Shown piece after piece: positions 30,101 to 40,399 of a stretch of 64,000 bases of DNA (within the stretch, counting starts at the first letter, position 1; every line of letters begins with the position of its first letter). A program made the position numbers and the translations under genes. The DNA comes from an uncultured bacterium. GTDB lineage: Bacteria > Verrucomicrobiota > Verrucomicrobiia > Verrucomicrobiales > DEV007. The stretch lies in NCBI GenBank assembly GCA_963977015.1, contig CAXBMO010000019.1, positions 50,083-114,082 on the forward strand, given 5' to 3'. The notes under the pieces are model-generated. The model searched no databases. It was given only the letters and a program-made list of their open reading frames with translations, and was not told the origin of the DNA.

Positions 30101-30110
30101 GAAACGTTTC
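30101..30110. promoter_or_regulatory. Possible LacI-family operator
   Basis: Perfect palindrome GAAACGTTTC upstream of the methyltransferase-sulfatase-sulfatase run. Confidence 0.35.
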
Positions 30111-30152
30111 ACAAGAACCTGCGATGGGGCCGGGAATGTGCTTTGATGAGGC

Positions 30153-30866
30153 ATGAAGTTCTTTCTTCCTTTCACGTTTGTTCTTGGTGTCACGGCTGTG
30201 CTTCTGGCGCAGGTCCCTGTTCAACCTCCCGTTGAGGAGAGTGTTAGGCCCGGGATCAATGAGAAGTTTCTCGATCCCGATTTGAAGGTGGCGGAGTGGC
30301 TCAAGCGCTTTGAGGTGGAAAGCCGGGAAGTGTTTCATGCCCGGGACAAGATTCTCGAAGCCTGCCGGTTGGAGAAAGGGATGGTGGTCGCGGATGTGGG
30401 GGCTGGGACCGGGCTTTACACTCGCCTGTTTTCCGAAACCGTTGGCGAAACTGGCTGGGTTTATGCGGTGGAGATCAACCCGCGTTGGCTCGAACACATT
30501 CGGGAGCGGGCCAGGCAGGAAGGCCACATGAACATCACGACCGCCCTGGCGCCGCAGGATTCCGTGATGTTGCCGCCCAACTCGGTCGATCGTGTCTTCA
30601 TCTGCGACACCTATCACCACTTCGAATTTCCCCGTCGAACCATGGCTTCGATTGCAAAGGCGTTGAGGCCGGGGGGCGAGATGGTGGTCATCGATTTTGA
30701 GCGGATTGAAGGCGTCTCGAGCGAGTGGGTCATGGGGCATGTGCGGGCCGGCAAGGAGGTCTTTCGTCAGGAGATTGAGGAGTCTGGGTTGGAGTTTCTG
30801 GAGGAGGTCATAATCGAAGAACTGAAAGAGAATTACTTTCTTCGATTTCAGAAACCCAACGCGTAA
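30153..30866 (+). CDS. Class I SAM-dependent methyltransferase with signal peptide
   Basis: SAM motif VADVGAGTG, plus YAVEI, DTYHHF and LRPGG. Hydrophobic N-terminus. Confidence 0.9.
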   Translation: MKFFLPFTFVLGVTAVLLAQVPVQPPVEESVRPGINEKFLDPDLKVAEWLKRFEVESREVFHARDKILEACRLEKGMVVADVGAGTGLYTRLFSETVGETGWVYAVEINPRWLEHIRERARQEGHMNITTALAPQDSVMLPPNSVDRVFICDTYHHFEFPRRTMASIAKALRPGGEMVVIDFERIEGVSSEWVMGHVRAGKEVFRQEIEESGLEFLEEVIIEELKENYFLRFQKPNA

Positions 30867-30908
30867 AACGGGCTGCCCTTCAGGTCACATTCGAGTTAGG
30901 ATAGAACG

Positions 30909-32282
30909 ATGCTGATGAAACCCCTCTTCGTTCGTTCCGCCGTCCCATTCCTTTTGCTGTCGGCCATCGTTCACGCGGACGAATCCCCGCCGAACATCGT
31001 TCTGATTGTTGCCGATGATCTGGGTTATGCCGATCTGGGATGTTACGGCAGTGAGATCAATCGCACGCCTCATATCGATGCCTTGGCGAAGACCGGTGTG
31101 CGCTTTACCGATTTCCATTCCTCGGGTCCGATGTGTACGCCGACGCGGGTCTCGATTCTGACGGGTCTCTATCAGCAGCGATTTGGTCCGCAATTCGATG
31201 CCGCGCTCTCCGGCCAGCGCCATCGCGATCAGGGATTGCCGGTCGATGCGAGAACGATGGCTGAGGTTTTGCAGGAGCGGAACTATGCCACGGCATGTTT
31301 CGGCAAGTGGCATCTTGGCTATCAACCGCCTTTTCTGCCATTGAATCAGGGGTTCGAGGAGTTTCGCGGGTTGGTCTCAGGGGATGGCGATTTCCACACT
31401 CGCATTGACCGCGGGGGGCGGGAGGATTGGTGGAACGGCGAGGAGATTGCGATGGAGCCCGGCTACACCACCGAACTGCTGACGCGATACAGCATCGATT
31501 TCATCGAGCGAAACAAGAGCGGTGAACGACCGTTCTTTCTCTACCTGCCTCATCTGGCGATTCACTTTCCCTGGCAAGGCCCGCAAGACCCACCGCATCG
31601 CCGGAAGGGAACCGAATACTTCGATGACAAGTGGGGCCTGATTCCGGATCGCGCGAACGTCGCTCCGCATGTCAAAGCCATGGTGGAAGCGCTTGATCAA
31701 AGCGTGGGCGAGATCGTCGCGGCCCTCGAAGCGAATGGCCTTCGTGAAAGCACGTTGCTCGTGTTCACCTCGGACAACGGCGGCTACACCCGTTACGGGA
31801 AAGACTTTCGCAACATCTCCAGCAACGCCCCATTTCGCGGGCAGAAAGGTCAACTTTACGAAGGTGGTCACCGGGTTCCGCTCATTGTTTCCTGGCCGGG
31901 TAAGATTGCGGAAGCCGAGTCGGATGCGTTGACGTTTTCGGCCGACTTCTTTCCGACCTTCGCCAGCCTGTCCGGAGCGGGCGCGGGCGAGATTGCGGGT
32001 CTCGACGGAGTGAGTTTGCTCCCCTTGCTGATTGATGGGGCGCCCTTGCCTGAGCGCACGTTGTTTTGGCGGATGGGCCGGAACGGTGCCGTTCGCGAAG
32101 GTCCGTGGAAGTTGTGCCTCAATGGGAATTCCAGCCCGGAGTTGTATCGGCTCGACCGGGATCCGGGCGAAGGTGTGAATCTGGCGGAGGCTCAATCAGC
32201 GAAGGTCGATGCCCTGCATTCGGCCTGGAAAACCTGGAACCAGGATGTCAATCGTTCCGCGGAAACGTGGGAGAAAAAGTAG
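30909..32282 (+). CDS. Sulfatase (arylsulfatase-like)
   Basis: Motifs PNIVLIVADDLGY.D, CTPTR, GKWHLG and SDNGG. Confidence 0.95.
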   Translation: MLMKPLFVRSAVPFLLLSAIVHADESPPNIVLIVADDLGYADLGCYGSEINRTPHIDALAKTGVRFTDFHSSGPMCTPTRVSILTGLYQQRFGPQFDAALSGQRHRDQGLPVDARTMAEVLQERNYATACFGKWHLGYQPPFLPLNQGFEEFRGLVSGDGDFHTRIDRGGREDWWNGEEIAMEPGYTTELLTRYSIDFIERNKSGERPFFLYLPHLAIHFPWQGPQDPPHRRKGTEYFDDKWGLIPDRANVAPHVKAMVEALDQSVGEIVAALEANGLRESTLLVFTSDNGGYTRYGKDFRNISSNAPFRGQKGQLYEGGHRVPLIVSWPGKIAEAESDALTFSADFFPTFASLSGAGAGEIAGLDGVSLLPLLIDGAPLPERTLFWRMGRNGAVREGPWKLCLNGNSSPELYRLDRDPGEGVNLAEAQSAKVDALHSAWKTWNQDVNRSAETWEKK

Positions 32283-32298
32283 AGTTAGCGCAATCATC

Positions 32299-33684
32299 AT
32301 GAACAACGTCACCAGTCTTTTTCGCATCGGGTTAGTAACCTTGATGCTGGGTTTTTCTGCGCAAGCAACGGATGGGAGGCCGCCCAATATCATTCTGATT
32401 CTTGCCGATGATCTCGGTTATGGCGACCTCGGTTGCTACGGGCAGGAGTTGATCGCGACGCCCGGGATCGACCGGCTCGCCCAACAAGGGGTGCGGTTTA
32501 CCCAGGCGTATGCGGGCGGACCGGTTTGTGCCTCATCACGCAGTGCGTTGATGAGTGGACTTCACAATGGCCACGCCGCCGCTCGGGATAACGTTCCGCA
32601 TTATTCCACCTATCTGGAGGATGACGACATCACGGTTGCGGAGATTCTCCGCGAGGCTGGATACCGGACGGGTGGGGTGGGGAAATGGTCGCTCGGAGAT
32701 GCCGGAACTGTCGGGCGTGCGACGAATCAGGGATTCGATTCCTGGTTCGGCTATTTGAATCAGGATCATGCCCATTACTATTATCCGGAGTATCTCGACG
32801 ATGACGAAGGTCGCCTCGCACTGACCGGGAACACGGAGTCGCGCGAGCATTACAGCCACGATCTACTTACCGAGCGCGCCTTGGCGTTCATCGAATCTGA
32901 AACCGAGCAGCCCTTCTTTTTCTACGCCGCCTACACCGTTCCCCACTTCGCGGCGAAGGCCGAAGATCCGGATGGATTCACGGTTCCTTCGTTGGATCCG
33001 TATGCCGACCGGGACTGGGAGCAACGCTCGAAAAAATATGCAGCCATGGTGCATCGGTTGGACCGCGACGTGGGACGAATCGTGGACCTGGTCGACGAGC
33101 TTGGCCTTGGCGAGAACACGCTCATCATCTTCACAAGCGACAACGGAGGCCACAAGGTCAACGGGAAGCGGTTTCGGTCCAGTGGTCCGTTGCGGGGATT
33201 CAAACGCGACCTCACCGAAGGCGGAATTCGGGTCCCATTCATTGCGCGCTGGCCGGGAAAAATTCCGGCAAACCGGACCAGTTCGGAAATCATTGCCTTT
33301 CAAGACATGTTACCAACCTTCGCCGAGCTTGCGGGAGTGCCGGTGGAGCAAAAAATCGACGGAATCTCAGTGGTGGAGGCGCTCTACGGCGAAACGCTGA
33401 CCAATCCACACGACTGGCTCTATTGGGATTACGGCCACAACCGGGCCCGCTATGATCAGGCGGTTCGGCTCGGAAGCTGGAAGGGAATTCGCCATGGCCA
33501 GAATGGTCCGATTCAACTCTACAACCTGGATCGCGATCTCGGCGAAACGTTTGATCTCTCGTCGGATCATCCTGACATCATCGCCAAAATGGCAACCATC
33601 ATGAAGAACGCCGTGACGCCGGATCCGCGCTACGAGATTGGAACGCGGTATCGCGGCCAGGCGATCTGGAAGCCAGGTTTTTAG
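32299..33684 (+). CDS. Sulfatase (arylsulfatase-like)
   Basis: Motifs PNIILILADDLGYGD, CASSR, GKWSLG and EGGIRVP. Confidence 0.93.
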   Translation: MNNVTSLFRIGLVTLMLGFSAQATDGRPPNIILILADDLGYGDLGCYGQELIATPGIDRLAQQGVRFTQAYAGGPVCASSRSALMSGLHNGHAAARDNVPHYSTYLEDDDITVAEILREAGYRTGGVGKWSLGDAGTVGRATNQGFDSWFGYLNQDHAHYYYPEYLDDDEGRLALTGNTESREHYSHDLLTERALAFIESETEQPFFFYAAYTVPHFAAKAEDPDGFTVPSLDPYADRDWEQRSKKYAAMVHRLDRDVGRIVDLVDELGLGENTLIIFTSDNGGHKVNGKRFRSSGPLRGFKRDLTEGGIRVPFIARWPGKIPANRTSSEIIAFQDMLPTFAELAGVPVEQKIDGISVVEALYGETLTNPHDWLYWDYGHNRARYDQAVRLGSWKGIRHGQNGPIQLYNLDRDLGETFDLSSDHPDIIAKMATIMKNAVTPDPRYEIGTRYRGQAIWKPGF

Positions 33685-33686
33685 AT

Positions 33687-34493
33687 TTATTCCAACGGCG
33701 CCACCGTCGTTTCCTCATTGGCCAACCCGGGGGGCAGCTCCATGATGCGGACTTTCCGAAAATGGATCTCCGCGCCCTCGGATTCGAGGCAAAGATAGCC
33801 TTTGCGAAACGACGACTCGCGAATCCCGTTCACAAACTTGCCGTTCACCGAAAGCTTCACCGTTCCATCGACCGCGACCACCACGTAGCGATTCCATTTG
33901 CCCTTGGGCAGGCAACGATTCTCCCAGGATTTGCTGCGACTTCCGCGGGGGTTGTCCGGGATCGCCTTCATCCCGCCCGCTCCGAACAACTCGCCATGAA
34001 CGTAGGCGATCGGCCGTGGAACTCCCTTCACGGCATGGATGAAGGGCCACTCCAGCTCCAGCATTTGCACTTCCATGCCAAGCGGAAGGCGATTTCCTTC
34101 CGGGCGAGCGTCGCTCCATAGAAACACGCCGGAATTTCCGCCGGCTTCCATGTGGCGCCATTCCACGATGAGGATGAAATTCTCATACATCCGGTCCGAG
34201 CGCATCACGCCGATGGGATGCCCCGTGCAGACGAGCAGTCCCTCATCGTTGACCGACCATGTCTCGGGAGACGTGTTGACATCAATCCAGCCGCTGAGGT
34301 CTTTGCCGTTGAAGAGATCGACAAATCCCGGGTCGGGCCGTGTTTCCTCGAAGCTTGGAATCTCAACGGTTGGCAGCGCGTTCGTCGGCGGTTCCTCCGG
34401 ACGAGGTGCGGCTTCTTGAGCGAGCAGCGGCGCGTTCGACAACGCGACGAAGAGAAGGGTGAGGGTGGTTGAAAGGGTGGAGGTTGGGATCAT
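33687..34493 (-). CDS. DUF1080 secreted protein
   Basis: Signal peptide plus [23 protein letters not shown] and [13 protein letters not shown]. Confidence 0.9.
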   Translation of the reverse strand: MIPTSTLSTTLTLLFVALSNAPLLAQEAAPRPEEPPTNALPTVEIPSFEETRPDPGFVDLFNGKDLSGWIDVNTSPETWSVNDEGLLVCTGHPIGVMRSDRMYENFILIVEWRHMEAGGNSGVFLWSDARPEGNRLPLGMEVQMLELEWPFIHAVKGVPRPIAYVHGELFGAGGMKAIPDNPRGSRSKSWENRCLPKGKWNRYVVVAVDGTVKLSVNGKFVNGIRESSFRKGYLCLESEGAEIHFRKVRIMELPPGLANEETTVAPLE

Positions 34494-34708
34494 GGTGAGA
34501 GATGCGGAATGGGACAGGATCAACCGGCATTGGCGCGAACACAATGACGTTTCGGCGTTCACCTACCCCGTTGAGTTTCTAGGAAATGCGTATTATTAAG
34601 ATTTGCTAAATAAATGTTGCATCCCGCGAAATTCCATGGCTCAATGGGCGTTCTGTCAGTCCGCTCTTCATCTCGATTGAGCGGGGTCAAATTCAATTGG
34701 ATTGCGAC

Positions 34709-35242
34709 ATGGCCTTCCTGATTCTCGAAAGTCCCAGCGGTGAAAGGAACTACTTCACGATTCGTGAAGAGAAGACTTCGTTGGGTCGTGACGCACGCAA
34801 CCACATTGTCATCGAGAGCGAATACGTCTCGGCGTTTCATGCGGAGTTCCGATCGTTGCCGGACGGAACCATGGAGATTGTGGATCTCGATTCCCACAAC
34901 GGAACCGAGGTGAACGATGAGCGGATAGAGGAGCAGGTTGTGTTGAGGAACGGCGACGCATTGGGGTTTGGGCTGGTTCAGGGCTGTTTTTACGAAGCGC
35001 TGGAAACGCCTGAAGCCGGGGATGGTGATGACGGTGATTCCCGCCTCGACGAAGCGTTTCTCCCCCGTGCGAATCGCGCCGATTGGGAGGCGAGCGAGAC
35101 TCCGGTCGTGATGCGCGGTCGAGAGTCGATGGAGGAATTGTCAGGAGTCGTCCTGGCCTTCGAGGAATTTGACTATGCCACCGGGAATTTGCAGGAACGA
35201 TCCCCCGGTCTCCTCAAACCCGACGAAACGACGTCCAATTAG
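34709..35242 (+). CDS. FHA-domain protein
   Basis: FHA signature LGR...VSAFHA...DLDSHNGTEVN, followed by an acidic tail. Confidence 0.88.
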   Translation: MAFLILESPSGERNYFTIREEKTSLGRDARNHIVIESEYVSAFHAEFRSLPDGTMEIVDLDSHNGTEVNDERIEEQVVLRNGDALGFGLVQGCFYEALETPEAGDGDDGDSRLDEAFLPRANRADWEASETPVVMRGRESMEELSGVVLAFEEFDYATGNLQERSPGLLKPDETTSN

Positions 35243-36243
35243 GCCTCCTTGGCCGGTGAGGGCTCCGGTTTCGCGTCCATCTTGTGAATTCGGAGATGTC
35301 CATCAAAGTGTGCCGTCGCGAGGTGCAGCCCATCGGGCGACAGGGCCAGATCCCGGGCGTCGCTGGGAAGTTTGACGCGGTGAAAATCCTCCAACTCGCC
35401 CGGCTTCCAAAACAGCAACCAGCCTCCGTTGCCGCCAACGCATCCGATGGTGGTGCCGTCGGGATGCAGGGCCACACCCCATCCCACGCCGCGAAGTTTT
35501 CCCTTGGAAAGGTGCTCGACGAGTGCTTCGCCCTTTTCCCAATCGAAAACGACGACCGACGGATTGCCGATCCCGGCAAAGGCGTTGCTCACTGCGGTGA
35601 TCCCACTGGCGGCCAGCTTCCTGCCGTCCGGGCTGAACGTCATCCCGCGAAATCCGCCGATAAAGGCGAGGAAGGTCTTGTCGAACTTGATGAGCGACTC
35701 TGCCTGCCAGGTTCGAACCTGCGTTCCGGTTTCGATTTCCCAATCAAAGAGGTTGGCCTTCAGGTCGCCGCTGATGATTCGTTTGCCGTCCGGATGAAAC
35801 GCCAGGTTGTAGATGTGGGATTCGTGTCCTGACAGTTCGCGAATCAACTTGCCGTCGGCGACGTTCCAGAGCTTCACCTTGAGATCATTTCCGGCTGAAG
35901 CGACGATGGTGCCGTCCGGGTTGGCAGCGACGGCTCGAATCCAGCCATCGTGAGCCTCGATCGTCCGCGTTGGCGTCAGCGCGTTCGCATCGACCGGAGC
36001 GAAAACGAGTCGTCCATCGTAACCGCCCGTGACCACGATTTTGCCGCCATCGGCAAAGGCGATTCCCCGCACCCACGCATTGACGTCCAATGCCGTTTTC
36101 GAGCCGTCGGCAAGGTTCCATCGCCACACTTTGTAATCCTGGGCTCCGGCAAAGACCTGCTTTCCCGAGGGATCAAAGCGACAGCTGATGAGCGGACTCT
36201 CATGCTTGAAGTCGTGCGCGAGGTGAGTTTGGGAGACGTCCAT
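35239..36243 (-). CDS. WD40-repeat protein
   Basis: Repeated AH/GH...W blades such as AHDGWIRAV, GHESHIYNL and VKLWNV. Confidence 0.9.
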   Translation of the reverse strand: MDVSQTHLAHDFKHESPLISCRFDPSGKQVFAGAQDYKVWRWNLADGSKTALDVNAWVRGIAFADGGKIVVTGGYDGRLVFAPVDANALTPTRTIEAHDGWIRAVAANPDGTIVASAGNDLKVKLWNVADGKLIRELSGHESHIYNLAFHPDGKRIISGDLKANLFDWEIETGTQVRTWQAESLIKFDKTFLAFIGGFRGMTFSPDGRKLAASGITAVSNAFAGIGNPSVVVFDWEKGEALVEHLSKGKLRGVGWGVALHPDGTTIGCVGGNGGWLLFWKPGELEDFHRVKLPSDARDLALSPDGLHLATAHFDGHLRIHKMDAKPEPSPAKEA

Positions 36244-36437
36244 GGACAAAGATCGATGAGGGGTTTGAGGCTTCAGCAAACGTGAGACCCATCCCTATTC
36301 ACCGTGGTTTGCCCTCGCGTCCTTCACCTTAATTTGCGCTCGTTGGCCCCGAGGAACCCCGCGCTTGTCGTGGATGGCGAAAGGAAATGCGGACGGTGCC
36401 CGTGTTGAGAGAGGCTCCAAACCCCCAAGCCACCCTC

Positions 36438-39116
36438 ATGTTCATTCGTTTTTGCCGGAGAAGGAATTGTCAAGTTTGGCGATGGCCAGTCCTCGCGCTG
36501 ATGTTGGCGACGTCGCAAGCCGCCGAACCTCTCCACGTTCAGATCGATCGCGCGGTCGCTGCCGGAAACGTGACGCCGGTCGCGGAGTTGGCGGGTGACA
36601 CCGAGTTCCTGCGCCGCATTTATCTCGATCTCACCGGTTGCATTCCGACCGCGGAAAAGGTGCGGACTTTCGCCAAGGATCCCGATCCTGACAAGCGTGC
36701 CAAACTGGCTGACGAACTCCTCCAAAGTCGCGAGTTCGCCCGTCACATGGCGTTGACGTTCGATATCTGGCTGATGGAACGTCGCCGGGACGCCCACGTC
36801 AAGACCCCGGAATGGCGCGCCTATCTCACCGAGGCCTTTGCCGGGAACAAGCCCTACAACCGGCTCGTCGCCGAGATTCTCGCAGCCGATGGAACGGATG
36901 GAAAGAACCGCGCCGCATCCCGGTTTTACCTCGATCGATTGGGCGAGCCAAACCAGATCACGCGCGACGTTGGCCGGATTCTGTTTGGTCAGGACCTGCA
37001 GTGCGCCCAGTGTCACGATCACCCCACCATCACCGATTATCTGCAGCGCGATTACTACGGCCTGTTCGCGTTTTTCAATCGGACCTACCTCTTTCAGCCT
37101 GACAGAAAGCAGCCCGCGGTGTTGGCGGAAAAGGCAGAGGGCGCGGCGGATTACAAATCGGTGTTCACCAGTGCGCCGGGCGAAATGCGGCCCCGTTTGC
37201 TGGGAAGCGTTGAGATCGAGGAACCGAGTTTCGCGCCGGGCGAGGAGTATCTCGTCAAGCCCGACAAGAAGGATAAGAAGCTCAAACCCGTTCCCAAATA
37301 CAGCCGCCGCGAGCGCATTGCGAAACTGGCGACGGACGGGAACAATGCCGCGTTCAATCGGAATATCGTGAACCGGCTCTGGGCGCACATGATGGGACGC
37401 GGGATGGTCGAGCCCTTTGATTTTCATCACGCGGCCAACCCGCCCGCGCATCCGGAACTGCTGGATCTACTCGCCGCTGAGTTTGCCGGGATGAAGTTCG
37501 ATATCCCGGCGTTTCTTGCCGAACTGGCGAAAACGCGAACCTATCAACGCACCTTCGAACTACCGCAAACGTTGGCGGAGCAAGGCCGACAGCTCGAGCC
37601 GAAGCTCGCCGAATTCCAGGCTGAAGCAGACCTTCAACAGAAAGCCATGGCCAGGGCAATCGCGGATCTCGATTCCGCGAAGGAAGCCTGGGAGTTTGCC
37701 AAGATCGATCTCGAACCGCTCCGGGCGGAACTCAAAAAGGCGGAAGCCGCTCGCAACGCGGCGGTCGAGCCGATGAAGAAGGCGCAGTCGGAATTTGAGC
37801 CGCTCAAACCTGGCTACGAAGCGGTCCAGAAAGTGATTCAACTGCTCGAAGGCGTGGAGCTCGGCTCGGCGGGCGTGGAAACGCTGGCCGGCAATCTGAA
37901 GAAGCGGATCGCCGAGGCGCAGGCGATGGAGAAGAAGCTGCGTCCACCCTATGAGGCAAAGCAGAAGGCTTTCCTCACGGCGAGCGATAAACTGACCAAG
38001 CTCTCGGCGACCGTTGCCGAGAAGCAGAAGTTGGTGGATGTCGAACAGCCGAAAGTTGAGGAAACCAAGCGCGTCATGGAAGCGGCGCTGGCCCAATACC
38101 AAACCGCAAAATCCGCGTCCCGTCTTGCCAGCAGCCGCCTGGAAACCGCCAACGAGTTGGTCGAACTGGCGCAAACCGCGATCGCCGCGAAAGAGGCTCG
38201 CCAAGCCGCCGACGCTCTTGCAACCCAACTTGGCCAGCTGCAGGCGACCTCGGAATCCGCTCAACGTCTCTCCCTGAACCTGACGGAGTCCGCCAGCCAC
38301 GCCGCGTCCGCCCACGAGCAACTCGGCGAGGATTCGGAACTGGGTCAAGCGGTCGCGACCCTCCAATCGCGGAGCGAGACCGCGCGTTCGCAGGCCGATG
38401 CAGCGGTCGCGCGACTCAACAGTCATCTCGCGAAAAGCAAGGCGGCCACGGCCAAGGCCAACGAGTTGGAGGAGCAGTTGGCGGTGTCTCTCGATACGCT
38501 GACCGAACGCCAAACCAGCACCTTTGCCATCGGTGCGTTCGCCCCGCTTTCGCCGGAGCAACTTTGCATGAGCACGCTTCGTGCCACCGGTTATCTGGAT
38601 CGGCTGATCAGTGGCGGGAATGCCGCGTTCGACAAGAAGCTCGCCGCGCAAACGGCCGCGAAAGACAAAAAGCCCGATCCCAAGGCCAAGAAGGAAGAGA
38701 AACCGGCCAAGCCGTTGGCTGAAGCCGATCGCCAGACAGAGGTCGAGGCGTATCTGGATACCCAACTCGCCGGATCCTTCAACAAGTTCGTCGCCCTCTT
38801 CGGTGGACAGGCCGGGCAGCCGCAGGGGGATTTCTACGCGACGGCCGACCAGGCACTGTTTTTCGAAAACGACGGGTTGGTTCGTTCGTGGCTCAGCCCC
38901 AACTCGACAAGTCTGACCGCTCGGCTCATCAAGCTCGAAACCCCTGCCGAAATCGCTGAGGAACTCTACCTCAGCGTTCTCACGCGGTTCCCGGCCAAGG
39001 AAGAAGTCGTCGCCGTCGAACAGTACCTCGCGGGTCGCGGAGAAGACAAAACCAACGCCGTTCAGGAACTCGCCTGGGCCCTACTTTCCTCCACTGAATT
39101 CCGGTTCAAACACTGA
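36438..39116 (+). CDS. DUF1549/DUF1553 (PSD1/PSCyt2) protein with long coiled-coil insert
   Basis: Motifs FLRRIYLDLTG, CAQCHDHP, VNRLWAHMMGRG.V.P, NPPAHPELLD and WALLSSTEF.F.H. The middle is Ala/Glu/Lys-rich. Confidence 0.9.
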   Translation: MFIRFCRRRNCQVWRWPVLALMLATSQAAEPLHVQIDRAVAAGNVTPVAELAGDTEFLRRIYLDLTGCIPTAEKVRTFAKDPDPDKRAKLADELLQSREFARHMALTFDIWLMERRRDAHVKTPEWRAYLTEAFAGNKPYNRLVAEILAADGTDGKNRAASRFYLDRLGEPNQITRDVGRILFGQDLQCAQCHDHPTITDYLQRDYYGLFAFFNRTYLFQPDRKQPAVLAEKAEGAADYKSVFTSAPGEMRPRLLGSVEIEEPSFAPGEEYLVKPDKKDKKLKPVPKYSRRERIAKLATDGNNAAFNRNIVNRLWAHMMGRGMVEPFDFHHAANPPAHPELLDLLAAEFAGMKFDIPAFLAELAKTRTYQRTFELPQTLAEQGRQLEPKLAEFQAEADLQQKAMARAIADLDSAKEAWEFAKIDLEPLRAELKKAEAARNAAVEPMKKAQSEFEPLKPGYEAVQKVIQLLEGVELGSAGVETLAGNLKKRIAEAQAMEKKLRPPYEAKQKAFLTASDKLTKLSATVAEKQKLVDVEQPKVEETKRVMEAALAQYQTAKSASRLASSRLETANELVELAQTAIAAKEARQAADALATQLGQLQATSESAQRLSLNLTESASHAASAHEQLGEDSELGQAVATLQSRSETARSQADAAVARLNSHLAKSKAATAKANELEEQLAVSLDTLTERQTSTFAIGAFAPLSPEQLCMSTLRATGYLDRLISGGNAAFDKKLAAQTAAKDKKPDPKAKKEEKPAKPLAEADRQTEVEAYLDTQLAGSFNKFVALFGGQAGQPQGDFYATADQALFFENDGLVRSWLSPNSTSLTARLIKLETPAEIAEELYLSVLTRFPAKEEVVAVEQYLAGRGEDKTNAVQELAWALLSSTEFRFKH

Positions 39117-39131
39117 AACCAAACGCCTGAT

Positions 39132-40379
39132 ATGCTCACCAACCTCACTCCGCGCCGCAGTGTCCTTCGCGCCACCACCCTTGGCAGCCTCGGCGCGCTC
39201 GTCCAACCAGGAATCGCGGCGGATCTCGCCAGCCAGCAGAAACGCATGCTCGTCATCCGGATGAAGGGCGGCCTCAGCCAATTGGAAAGCTGGGACCCGA
39301 AACCCGGCACCGTGAATGGTGGTCCCTTTCGTGCCATCCCCACCTCCGTCCCGGGAACCCACATCTGTGAATTGCTTCCGCATACCGCAAAACAGATGCA
39401 TCACCTCACGTTGGTTCGCGGGATCAATTCCCACAACAGCTCCCACAGCAAAGGCACCTACATGATGCTCACGGGGCGTCATGAGATGCCGGGTGCCTCC
39501 TATCCTGAGATCGGTGCGGTCGTCGCCAAATCGTTGGACAGTGAAAGCGTTACCCTGCCCGGTCATATCAAGATCGCCGCCAATGGCAGTGGTGCCCGCA
39601 GTGCGGACTCCGCCTATCTCGGTCCGAAATATGCCAGCATGGCAGTCGGAGGCGACAAGCCGCTTGCGAACGGCGCCCCCCATGAAAGCCTCAAGCCTGA
39701 AGTCGCCGAGCTTCGTGCAGACTTCCGCAACATGGCGAATTCGCGCTTTGCCCTTCGCCGTCGTACGGCGGAGACCGACGCCTACGTGCAAAGCTTCGAG
39801 CAAGCCCAGGAACTGATGCGGCAAAGGGATGTCTTCGATCTCTCCAAGGAATCCGAGAAGGATCGCGAACGTTACGGCGAACACGACTTTGGCCGCCACT
39901 GCCTCCTCGCCCGCCGCATGTTGGAGGGCGGCGTCACGTCGGTTCAGGTGAGCCATTCCAACTACGACACCCACAACGAGAACTTCAACTTCCACATCGA
40001 GCAGCTTGGCGAATTTGACAACACCTTCGCCACGCTTGTCTCGGATCTTTACGATCGCGGCATGCTCGACAGCACCCTGATCGTCGTCTTATCGGAGTTT
40101 GGACGCACCCCAAAGATCAACGCCCGCTACGGTCGCGATCATTGGGGAACCGCCTGGTCCATCGCGCTCGGCGGATGCGGGATCGCGCCTGGCGGAGTGT
40201 TTGGCGCGACCAACAAGGAAGGCACGGAGGTCGTCGATGGAGAAGTCGACGCCGGTCACCTGTTTCACACCTATTTGCGTGCGCTCGGAATTCGCTCCAC
40301 TTCCAGCTTCCAGATTGGTGGCCGCAAATTCCCGATCGCCGATCCCGCCTTTGAGCCGATTCGCGAGATTCTGGCGTAG
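39132..40379 (+). CDS. DUF1501-family protein (twin-arginine-like leader)
   Basis: RRSVL leader and motifs GGLSQLESWDPKP, CLLARR..E.GV, YDTH and EFGRTPKIN..GRDHW. Confidence 0.93.
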   Translation: MLTNLTPRRSVLRATTLGSLGALVQPGIAADLASQQKRMLVIRMKGGLSQLESWDPKPGTVNGGPFRAIPTSVPGTHICELLPHTAKQMHHLTLVRGINSHNSSHSKGTYMMLTGRHEMPGASYPEIGAVVAKSLDSESVTLPGHIKIAANGSGARSADSAYLGPKYASMAVGGDKPLANGAPHESLKPEVAELRADFRNMANSRFALRRRTAETDAYVQSFEQAQELMRQRDVFDLSKESEKDRERYGEHDFGRHCLLARRMLEGGVTSVQVSHSNYDTHNENFNFHIEQLGEFDNTFATLVSDLYDRGMLDSTLIVVLSEFGRTPKINARYGRDHWGTAWSIALGGCGIAPGGVFGATNKEGTEVVDGEVDAGHLFHTYLRALGIRSTSSFQIGGRKFPIADPAFEPIREILA

Positions 40380-40399
40380 CGGTTGCAAACAAACCCTCT

